DNA of 64,000 nt from Ptychomitrium polyphyllum (taxonomy: Eukaryota), in contig OZ316775.1 in the NCBI GenBank assembly GCA_973851085.1, positions 14,384,001 through 14,448,000 of the forward strand, written 5' to 3'. Made by a program: the position numbers and the translations under genes. Below, piece by piece: positions 53,349-64,000 of this stretch. The notes under the pieces were generated by a model. The model ran no database searches. It was not told the DNA's origin and was given only the letters and a program-made list of their open reading frames with translations. Within the stretch, counting starts at the first letter, position 1. Every line of letters starts with the position of its first letter.

Positions 53349-56177
53349 ATGCTATGGGAGAAGAAAGCTCCGGCTGAGGCCGATCCGGCTAGCAGTGGCT
53401 CGGGTTCGTCGTCGGAGAAGAAGGCGAAGAAGGGGAGGAAGAAGAAGTATGTGAAGAAGGTGTACTATGGGAGTCCGTTGGACCAAGAGGCGTTCCTGAC
53501 GGAGCGAGAGAATCAGGCGGCTGCAGCTGCGCAAGTGACACTTCTGTCGGAGTTGAAATCTTTGTTGTTGACTCGGAAACGTCTGCGTCTTGATCCTCAG
53601 AAGCACATTTACTTTCCATGTGAGTTGTGGTACCTACGATTTTGACTTTTCGCGGATTTTCCTTAGCATTTTCATTTCTGCTTTTCGATTCTAGAATTTA
53701 TGGGTATTTGACGTGATATGAACTAATTGTTGTTGTGTAAGTGCAGATCAACCAGGGAAACATGTAGCTAGTGCTATAACGATGAAGAATATAAGCAAAA
53801 CTCATGTCGCATTCAAAGTAGGCTTAGCGCTTCTCATATTCTTTTTATGGGTGTGATGTAGCGAAATATGCTTTATTGTTGTGTCTAGGTGTATCAAGAT
53901 TGTGCTCTGGACATGCTTTTGGGTTGGAGCAGCTAGTTGTTGAAATATTTTGCGGTGCCTCCTGGATAAGCATTGTTTAAAATGCAATTTACATTTGATT
54001 GCGACGTTAGTTGACAATATCTTAGGTTACGTGCTCTAAGAGTGAAATTTTGAGATACTCAACGCACAGTTGAGCATTGTTGCTTTCCTGTTTGGCATGT
54101 TTTGCAAAATTATGATGTGAGCTTCTGTGACGATATTTGTTGCTGTTGCAGTTTCAAACTAATTCCCCTCAGAGTTGCTACATGCGTCCAAATGGTGGCG
54201 TACTTGCTCCAAACGAGAGCATCATTGCCATAGGTACTTTGGTGAACATAATAATAATGCTGGGAAGTAACTTTTTCAATTTGTCAGAACTTCAGAATAG
54301 ATTTACCAACTGTACTAAGAAGAGATGGATCTTAAAATGTTAAGTTCACTGCATATAGGATGCGCATATGAAGCATTGAGGATGTAGATCACTTTTCTCC
54401 AAATTGAACAGAGAAGTTGTAGGTTCAATGGTGTGAGTTTTTTACTCAACCACCTAATCGGTTGCCACAAGTTCATTTGCCCATCTAGAGTGATGATATT
54501 TCTTAAGCAAGTATATACTGATGGTTCTATGGTGAGACTGCAGTTACGAAGTACATTGAAAACCTTGATCGGGTAGCACAGACCTTAATTTCATCGAGTG
54601 TAGACCCAGAAACAATTGCCAAATCCGAGGAGAGAAAGACCAAAGACAAGAGACATGCCAAGGAAAAGTTTAAGATAATAAGTGTGCCAGTGCAACCAAA
54701 TGCTGACTACTATCCAGATTTGGTAAGGACACCTGGTGTGATGAGTTTTGGAGCAGAATAAGAAGCTCTATATGGACTGCTGTTGATGTGTTGGAACAGA
54801 GCGTTGGTGCTAGGTGTTAGTACAGATTAGACTTGTCACTTGTCCAGCAGAGACGAATTTAGACTGTCCTTCAGAGCTGTATTGTGTCGCTGCTGAGGGA
54901 TGCTTCTTTTGGTTTGAAATTGCAGCTGTCTGCACTTTGAGAACTTGCTTGCCTGGTCAATTTATTTAGTAGTTTTGAGGTTGATTTCCGATGTGTTTCT
55001 CATGATCACCTGAAGTTTGAAGATGAGGAGGATAATGTTTATGTGGAGCGCATTTCACAAGTTGTTTTCCTCGATCCCAACAAGGCGTCTTCTGTAAGCA
55101 ATTTTTCAACTGTGTTGTAGTGCACTATAGTTCTCTTGGCAGGCTCGAACGAGTGTTAGTTGCTTTCATTCCGGTCTATCTTCTCTGCGCTGGTTCATAG
55201 TTTTGTGTATTTTAAAGGGAAATATTTGATTAAATGTCACTATTGCATTGTGGCTACAGGAGCAATTGAACAAATTGCAGAACCGGCTGCTAGAGGCTGA
55301 GGCAGCTGAAGCAGCTCGGAAAAAGGAGTCAGAGGCTGAAGAGGATTCTGTTCCAGGGGTCGTTGCACCGATTCCGGAGGGACAGGGAGGAGTAATTAAT
55401 GAATGGGTATGTCATCGTTTTCTCATTGCATTATATAGAGAGTGCTTTTGGCAACGTTGTAAACAAATTCTCGTAAATGTCAGTGTGATGTACTTCTAAG
55501 CAAAATTGAAGGTGATAAAACTCAACACTCCAAATCTGTAGTCCAAATGTGAATAGGACACAACTTTTTGAAATTTTTGGAATTTCTTATGAATTATCAA
55601 AGTTGAATTCTTAAATGACTACGTATGTTTTCCATGTGAGGTACGATTTGAACTGCATGTCTACCAAGTCTAATGAGTTTGCTAGAATATTCTGAAAGTT
55701 GATGAAGTTGCTCATAAATGTTCGTTGGGCTGAAATGCGACACGTATCTGAAGGTCATTTGCAAGAGATTAGAGTGAGTTACTTTGCAGTTTATTAGTAC
55801 AACCTGTAGTGTATCACTGCCATATGTTCACACCTAGTTGTAGGACCTGGAGTTGTTTGAGTATATAATCCTGTTTTTTGAGGGATTAGGTTTAGGATTT
55901 TCTTAACATTTAGTGATAGATCTGTTTGCAGGCGTATGTTGTGAACAGATTTATTGTAAAGAGAGATAGTAGTGGTGATCGTAAAGGGGAAATATATCAT
56001 GTTGGGAAGCTATTGCTAATTAATGGCTGCGCTTTAGAAAAGAACTATGTTTGTCTCCTATAATTTTTTTATTTTCAAGCATTTCTTAATATTATCATCC
56101 GTACCTGTGCGTTGCAGAAACAAAGGAGGGAAGCTTTCCTCGCTCAGCAACAGGCCGGAGGCGGAAAGCCTTCGTGA
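53349..56177 (+). CDS. Vesicle-associated protein 4-type (MSP domain, no C-terminal TM helix), 7 exons, ~295 aa
   Basis: Exons 53349-53619, 53747-53817, 54152-54233, 54544-54722, 55016-55093, 55260-55406 and 56118-56177 sum to 888 nt in frame. Spliced RLRLDPQKHIYFPYQPGKHVASAITMKNISKTHVAFKFQTNSPQSCYMRPNGGVLAPNESII matches the plant VAP4/MAMI-type MSP domain; C-terminal coiled coil and VINEWKQRREAFLAQQ. Confidence 0.9.
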
Positions 56178-58847
56178 GCTTATGGTTGTAGAAAAGAAGT
56201 TGTCGAACCAATCACAGTACTCAAAACGTCAAAGAGTTAATCGTTGGTGATAGTGTGCGGACTTATTCTTTGATATCAAAGACCGTCTGCTAATGTTTGA
56301 CCTTTAATGCAAGGATTTGGTACAGCTGAAGGAGAACCAACTGGCGTTCATGAAGGTGCCTTGGATATTCTTGTGATTTGAAAATATGTTTAGTCGAAGG
56401 GAAATTCTTTCTTGGGAGATTGTTGCTTAGTGTATGTTGCCTTGTCCCTGATTGGCCAGGTGAGGCATGGCGACGTGCCCTTTGCCATTCTCAACGAACA
56501 ATTACCTTCTAAGTATTTAGTCTTGGAAAGATGTTTAATGAATTATTAGGATATGAGTTTGCACCGCCAATCTCCTTGCTGAAGTAGACAGTAGATGGAC
56601 GAATCAGGATATAGGTCAACGTACAAGAGGTCTTGAAAAGCTGACGTTCTCATCAGCGCATTGTTCTAAGTAGTAAATAAGCAGACTCTGTATCAGACAT
56701 TTGATGTTCATATATATTATTCTATGTCCAAAATTTGTGAGGTATTTCAGGATGTGAGCATTGTTACAAGTTGGAGCTTCATGCATGATATCAGCACTTG
56801 ATAAAAAATCAGTATTTGAAGTTGAAACTCTGAAGAAGCATCCCACCTGTCCCTTGACACAACTTAGTTTTGCAGCTATTCTGAATTAGTTTTGAGCTTT
56901 CCAAAAGGATGCTTTTACTTGGTGACAGAAAGGCTTCTCCTAGTAGGTGAAGAATGTTTCCTCACCTTCATGACCGTGGTACACAAAAACAGCCTTCATA
57001 GCCACTGTTACAAAACCTCTACAAACAACCTTCATGGTCATGGTGTAATATTGCAAGACTCTTGCTTATGAAGGCTGTTCGTATACGAGTCTTGCAGGAC
57101 TAGTTCCATACTTCATACCTCAATTTGATATATGTGGACACATGGTGTACAGTACGGGACAAGTATACTTTACCCATGTCCTCCTTACAAGGGTCTCAAG
57201 TTCTTCCTTGAGTCAATAGTTATACTCGACATTAATTCATCAGTATGAGCCCTTATATGCACCCCACATGTCCTCCCATTTTAATCCCAGCCATACAGAC
57301 AACTGCGGGACCCACCCCGCCTCGGAACCAAACCTGCCCCGAGCCTGAACCATATCACCCAAACCCCGCAGTCTCGAGGCTCACTCTCCGATTTCCGATG
57401 CCCACTATGTCACTGATACCTGCGTGATAAAGAGGTGAACCTGAACAGACACGGATATGATACTGTGGTGATACTGTGGCAGATATCACCGCCGAAGCCA
57501 AGCGTGGAGAGGCAAACCTCGCAGGACGCGAAGCTCACTCACGCTGAGCTCTCGCCATAGCCACCGACTCCACGGAGCTCCACTCGCACGCCTACGGCTC
57601 TTCTCGCGACAAGGCCCGCCTCAGGTACAAACCGCTCTTCTTCCGGTTCTTACGAACTCTTGCTTGCACGTTGTGGTTACGATTTCAGTGCACACCTCAT
57701 CCTCACGGAGTTTGTTGTTGTGCTTTCGCTGTCATAATTGACATCGACGACGGCTTTTCAAGGTGCGTCAGGCCGTATGGCGGTGATGGAGTTGATTGAG
57801 TGAACTTTTTTACTCAAATGCACTTGTGAGGGATTGTTGGTCTTTTTAGGCTCTGTGTTGCGTTGAGCTATGTGTTGGGAATTGGCTTATAGTGTATGCT
57901 AGGGTTAGAGAATACTTTGGTTTGTTGATCGGTTTGAGGTGGAGAGAGTTTGATTTCTTCGGTTTGGTGCCAATTGTGCGTGGAATGATGGTTTGGATGT
58001 TTGGAGTGAAGCACAGTAGAGCTGAGCAGAACGCTTTAGGTTGTTATTTTGGTTCTGTGATGTGGCTGTAATCGACCGGGAAGATTAGGTGCTGCTTTTT
58101 CTTTGTGTTTTCTTGTTACGTTTTTTTGAAGAGTTATGGGAGGTGAGGATCGTCAGAGGAACGGGATGTTTAGGTTGTTGTGGTTTTCGTATGGCTTTTG
58201 TAATCTGCAAGGAATGATGTGTGTCTTGCAGTGTCTCTTGTAGCTACTCTGTACGTTAGTATCAGAATGATTGTCTTCGTGGAATTTCATCAAGTGTGTT
58301 GTCTTCCATGATATCGCTTGTCATTGGGTGTGTTCATGTGTGTGCATGATGCTTTATCATCGATATACACCTCATGATTAACTTCGGACCATGTACACTT
58401 ATTCTGTTTAGTTTCATCGTTGCGAGTCTATGGTAATTTGAGTTTGTGAGGTTCTGCCATAATTGAAGGTGTCTTTCAGACCTTTCCTGAAAGTATGCTA
58501 GGGTGATGGAAAGGAATAGATGCGGTTTTTTTGCTCGTGGCGATTGATATAGCGAAGTCGTCCTTTTAATGTGAATTCCTGGTGAGGTGAAGAAGATTAT
58601 GGTGTCAAATGTAGACAGAAACAGTAAAGCTACTCATCTGAAAAGTAAGGAAATTTTCTTATGTGATATGAGTGTAGTGAGTCAGTATTAGAGTGATAGT
58701 TTTGTGGTGAATTGCAGGGTAAAACCTCTGATCGTTGCCATGACTTCTTTCTTGGTACATGGAAGTCCTAATTTCTTTAGGATTTTGAAATGTTCAGGTC
58801 AAATTGTCCAGCTTGTGAAGACTACACGAAGCGGCTCAATAACAGGC

Positions 58848-61580
58848 ATGGCCTGTCCGTTCGCGAAGTTAAGCATCAATGATGGAGAGAAAAAATGTGC
58901 AGCAGCTGAGATAGGGGAGAAGTCCAGCGAGACAATGATTGCTGCTGAGAAACTCGAAAGTAAAAAAGAGGGTGGGACGAAGACTGGAACAGGAAGATGC
59001 CCTTTTGGGTTCGACAGGAAAAAACCAACGGCGGAAGTTGATGAGCCGAAAGTTGACGTACAATCTGAAGTAAAGAAGCGCGAAAATGCTGAAATACCTG
59101 TGTCAGGACAATGCCCCTTTGGGTATGGCAAAGACAAAGGGAGTACGGAGACCAACGGAAACTATTCTGATGAGCATTCAGAGGATAGGAAAGAGGAGAG
59201 TACAGAGGCACCAGCTGGGGGAAAATGCCCCCTTGGCTATGATTCAGTGTCTTTTAAAATTGGGCCCTTCAGCTGTGTGTTATGCCGAGCTCTTTTATAC
59301 GACAGTAGCCGGTGTGTCCCATGCCGTCACATTTATTGCAGGTTGGTGTCTCCACCTAACTCAGCTCTTACCACTTCTATGCCATGCTTCTGTAGAAACT
59401 CTCGTCGTTCACTAAACTCCCGTGTCACTTGGATGATCTTCTGCGCATCTTAGCTGGATTGCTAGTAATTTAGACTTGCTTATACATTTAAGGTGTGTGA
59501 AGTTGATGCCAAGGGACATCGAGATATTCTTAGCTCTTCTTGCTGCAATGAGGGCATTGGATTAATCTTTGGTTCTATTTGTTATTTTCGTTTGACAGGG
59601 GCTGTATATCACGCTTTCAAGATTGCCCCCTTTGTGGTCTTGACATAGATAGCATAGAGTCTGATCCCGAAATGCAAGGATTAGTGGATCGTTTCGTCGA
59701 AGGACATGCACGAACAAAAAGGCCTACTATGCAGATTAGTGTGCAAGAAGGATCTGCTGGCAACGTCAAGTATGAGGACATTTCAGTAGAACGGGGAAGT
59801 TTCTTAGTGCAGCAAGCTATGAGAGTAAGTATCTCATGTTTCAATCTTAAAGAACATATTGGTATTGATTCTCAGTTCTATGAGTGATCATCTGTGTAGC
59901 TGTGAGGTATGCTTGAGAGAATATAATTTATGTCTTTTTGTATTTAGAAAGTGTTTGACTCGGGAATGTTATTTGATGCAGGCTTTCGAGGGAAAAAACA
60001 TGGAAAGTGCGAAGGCAAGGCTGAGTCTATGTGTTGAGGATAGTCGTGAGGAGATGTCTCGGTCTGGTGCTTTAACTACGAATTGCTCTCAATTGGGTGC
60101 ATTACTGGGAATGCTTGGTGACTGCTGGTAACTACTGTCCTTGGACCTTTCCAATGTTACAGTTACGCTTTTATAGTTTTTTTTAGAATTCTCTTAGATG
60201 TTGTATTGCGTTTTGACCACTTTGCGCAATAACTGATGTTTTTCTTGAACGGATCCGCAAATCTTAGCAGCCGCAATAAGCAGACTAGGAACCAATGTTT
60301 CGTGCAACCTTGAACCACTTGGGGCTGTTTTGGTCGTTCTTTGGGAGGTCGAGATTAACTTGTGATGCTGGATATGCAGCCGGGCCATGCAAGACATCGA
60401 TGGAGCTATTGCAAATTTTGAGGAAAGTGTAGAACTTCTTATGAAGCTGCCTGAGAGGGACGTTGAGGTATTACCAGCTCTGCTTCACCTTTGGAAGCGC
60501 TTGATGTTAGAATGTATGAGATGAAAACAATATCGTCATCCCAGGTGCTATTTTGTTGAATATAAGTAGTAAAATACTGCTAACTCCCACGATTATCCTC
60601 TTCCCTAACTTGGGCGGGCAAAAACTGGGCTCAGGTTGTGCATGCACTGTCAGTCTCATTGAACAAACTTGGCGATCTCAAGTATTATGCTCAAGCGTTG
60701 GAAGCTGCTCGGGCTTTCTATGCGCGGGCTCTCAATGTGCGCCTCGAAGCTACTACAGATTTTACTACCTTGTCTCCACAGGCACGACCACTTGTCCTAA
60801 CTACTCTTCTCTCTGATCTTTGTGTTGTAATTTCCTTCTGTAGTGCTGGGGTCTTGTGCTGGTTAGGCTCGTAATTTGTGCTTTTTTCTGCTTTTCATTA
60901 GAATCTAATTATATTTTTGAGAATACTTTATCATAGTACTTCGAATCAGGTTCCTTTGCGAGCTTCTGCAAGTTGGATGTTCTTTCTAATCTGGTATTCA
61001 GTAATCCTTGCTGTTGCTTTCTGTATGACAGGTTCTGGATGTGGCGGTTTCATTAGCAAAAGTTGCAGATGTGGATTTTGCATTGGGCAAAGAAAATGTT
61101 GCAACAGAGGGATTTCAAGAAGCGTTGAAAAAGCTAGAAAATCTAAAACCTCCAAAAACCGGTGATGTTGCCATGCTTGAGAAAAAGGTTGGTTTTTTTT
61201 TTTCCAAAAAAATTCTTTTTCTGCTTCCTTCCAAATGCTATGTTCACCACATTAAACCACTAAGCAGCGTGGATAGAAAACTATAGTGGATTCAAAATTA
61301 GTGCGTGCTGATTGAAGATTGCCATATGTGTTGATACAAAGTCTCTTGAAGTAATAGAAGGTCTGGGAGTGTGCTCGATGTAGTAAGACGGTTACCTTCT
61401 TTTAGCATTAGTGTTTGATTAATTAGTGCGTATTTCCATTGACGGGAAAATGCTGTAAAACATGTGGTTTTCCAGTCTTTCCAATGACTCTTGCTAACTA
61501 CTTGTGTTTCTTGTTTTGCATTTTCGCAGCGATTATCAGTGATGACCTTCCTTCAAAGTCAGCTTCCTGCCTCTGCATAA
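58848..61580 (+). CDS. NCA1: NO CATALASE ACTIVITY 1 homologue (RING finger + TPR-like), 7 coding exons, ~435 aa
   Basis: Exons 58848-59341, 59599-59824, 59982-60127, 60380-60467, 60635-60781, 61032-61187 and 61530-61580 sum to 1308 nt in frame. RING CVLC..CVPCRHIYCRGCISRFQDCPLC, FVEGHAR, ERGSFLVQQAMRAF, LGMLGDCCRAM, HALSVSLNKLGDLKYY, LDVAVSLAKVADVD. Probable 5'-UTR intron ~57625-58797. Confidence 0.9.
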
Positions 61581-63502
61581 TTGTGTGAACCAATTGCTAT
61601 CTACTCTTCAATGAGTATTCTCGACACATGATTTGTACCGAAATGGCAGATGTGTACACTTCCTGAGCCAAAGACCTCAAATGGTTACAAGCCAGATTTA
61701 TATTGTAGAGCCCAGAGATTGTCGATATATTAGAGAACGGTGTTTATGGCTTCAAATGTACAGTATAACCAGTTATTGACATAAAGTAACTTTTAGGTTT
61801 TCTAGGTTTCAAGCGTTTCTTTGTCGGCAGGTAGTGACTAATTAAAAGATTCTGAACTATGTCTCGTTATGGCTACTCTTGTCGTCAGCCTCCAGCAACA
61901 TTTTCTTTAACAAGGCAACTGATCACCTTGGAATCAAGGGCTGAGTCCACTTATTCCCTGCTTCATCTATATTATAGAACTAGAGTTGATATTGATGAAA
62001 GCTCCTTACAAAAGGATGAGGTATCACACTGCTAAAGAATGTTATGGCACACCTCTACAATAACCTGAAATTATCAGTTTTAGTCGATGCGTTTGTTATA
62101 ATACTGTCAATTGTGTTTGGTGCTAAACATTCTTCACCTCTAAAGCTGATCAGTATAACCTGCAGTGCTTTATACCGTTTCTAGGCTCCACACAAACGAA
62201 GGACAATAAAGGGTGCTGCTGCATTTCTTGCGAGGCAGTGTAAACTTGGGTGTTTTGTATAAGAATTCCAGTATAAATGAGAAGTCATGAAAATTCATAT
62301 TCCAGAAAAGACAGACAGCCTATTTACCAGGTTAAAAGCATGCAAAACTCAGACAATTGAAATTTGAGAGAAAGAACTCTTCATCTCAGCGTCAATAGCA
62401 TTGTGCTAACTAGCTCTGCAAAGAAAATGTTCACACTTGTTAATCACCACGCACAAACTCAAGACCATATTGATGCAGGAAACACATCTTATTTATAAAA
62501 GAACTTTATATTTATATAATATTTTTATGATATAAAAATGTAACCACTATATTTACATGATATTTTTGATGACATATTTTGAAAATATATAATTTAGTCG
62601 GAAAATGAGCAGGTTTGAATGTTTATCTTCAAAATTATGTGACCACTTTCTCTATGCCAACATTCTGCAACTTTAGCTGCAGCACCCTGCATGTCACATT
62701 CCTGTTAGAAGCCATAAATCGCGTTGATATGAACTGCAAGATTACATGTCAAATCATGTATCTTCCATCCAATTTAATTAACCATACAGTTCGGCAATAG
62801 GGCTCTCCGGGATCTACGAACGCGAATGACTGGAAGCTCGAACAGCTATGGCAAAAGGAGATAAATATGGGTACAAAACAAATGTACTTTAAGTCAATTT
62901 AGATAACATACACACATGTGATAGCTAGATACACAAGACGAGCCGCAAGATGTGGAAAAATTAAGTACCTGCACCTCAAAGGTAAACACATCGTTGAAGA
63001 ACACATATGCTCCATTAAGAATATGGAAAAGGACCTGCAAAAAGAACTTCCACCTCTACGCTGGACTTGAAAGGCTGTGCCGGCGCTGTTGTGCCTGCTC
63101 CGTCGCAGGTATTTTGAATCAGACTGTAACTCTTCGAGTAAAAGCCCTTGCTGCAATTCTGGAGGACCGCCTTGAAAACTCCAACTTATCAGACTGATTT
63201 TTGTTTAAAATGGGCTTCTACGTGCTTACAGGAATTTTGAAAATCCAAAAGTAGTCTTCTGCCCGGTTTCAATCAACAAGAGGGTGGAGATAGCCAGTAA
63301 AGATATGAATAATTGTAGTCATATGATACATAATTAGACAAACTTGGTTATCATGTAGGAAGCTGGCAGCCAATGAGGCTACAAAGACAAAATGGAGACA
63401 CTGGTTGACAAAGGCTGACACTGGTGCAAAGCGAAGAAAAAGCCACAGTGGCTTCTTGACAACGAAGGCTGACCATTAGAAACTTCAAGAATAAGTTGTT
63501 GG

Positions 63503-63934
63503 TCATTCAGTTGCCGCAGCAGCTGCTTTTGCATGATCCTCCGCTAATCTTTTAATGGTCTTCTTTCTATCATTAGGAGAGAGAACACGGAGGTCAATCG
63601 GAGGTCCAAGGAGCCGAGGAGAGTTTGGGAAGTTGAAACTCCAACATCTCTTCGCACTGCAGTGGTATTTCCCCGCATCAAATGCGAGCGCAGCTTCCTT
63701 TTCGGTGTCATACGAACCAAGCCACACTTTCTCGTTTGTCTGACCAACCCTAACCTCAGAAACCCATTTCTCGTTCCGTTTCCGGACGCCCTTGTACTTT
63801 TGGCTGCGATTCTCCCCGAATGATCTGCCTCTCTTTCTTAGACTAACCTGCCCCTGCGACATACATTGCAGACTGTGAATCAGACAGCAGTGGACTGGGT
63901 AGCATGACGCCAGACATCCAAGAGCGACAGGCAT
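63503..63934 (-). CDS. AP2/ERF-domain transcription factor (single, divergent AP2 domain); 5' end uncertain
   Basis: KYKGVRKRNEKWVSEVRVGQTNEKVWLGSYDTEKEAALAFDAG...FNFP. The start could be ATG 63934, ATG 63862, or an upstream exon outside the window. Confidence 0.85.
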   Translation of the reverse strand: MPVALGCLASCYPVHCCLIHSLQCMSQGQVSLRKRGRSFGENRSQKYKGVRKRNEKWVSEVRVGQTNEKVWLGSYDTEKEAALAFDAGKYHCSAKRCWSFNFPNSPRLLGPPIDLRVLSPNDRKKTIKRLAEDHAKAAAAATE

Positions 63935-64000
63935 GAATATTCAATATGAATTTCGTACCGGCTGACTTCTCTGCAACTTTCTTGTCCGCAACAGCTTTGA

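Overview
Eukaryotic, intron-rich plant genomic DNA; intron style and AT-rich intergenic blocks suggest a moss or other bryophyte (inference). From left to right: (1) a ~10.1 kb palindrome with two apparently identical 3,680-bp arms (4202-7881 and 10650-14329), each holding a 3-exon xyloglucan endotransglucosylase/hydrolase (XTH) gene in divergent head-to-head orientation; the spacer contains a 100-N gap with a 1,327-bp duplication that is probably an assembly artefact; (2) a 2-exon family-1 UDP-glycosyltransferase; (3) AT-rich degenerate repeat DNA and several small hairpins; (4) a 3-exon pectate lyase with a long acidic N-terminal extension; (5) a 9-exon GDT1/UPF0016 transporter; (6) a strongly divergent 10-exon Argonaute (~1,298 aa) with an intact DEDH tetrad and a ~420-aa Ser/Pro/Arg/Cys-rich N-terminal extension; (7) tRNA-Gly(CCC); (8) a VAP4-type MSP-domain gene; (9) an NCA1 (RING+TPR catalase chaperone) homologue with repeated Cys-Pro motifs and a probable GC-AG intron; (10) a divergent AP2/ERF gene. 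Exon models were built by hand from splice sites and frame continuity and have no transcript support.
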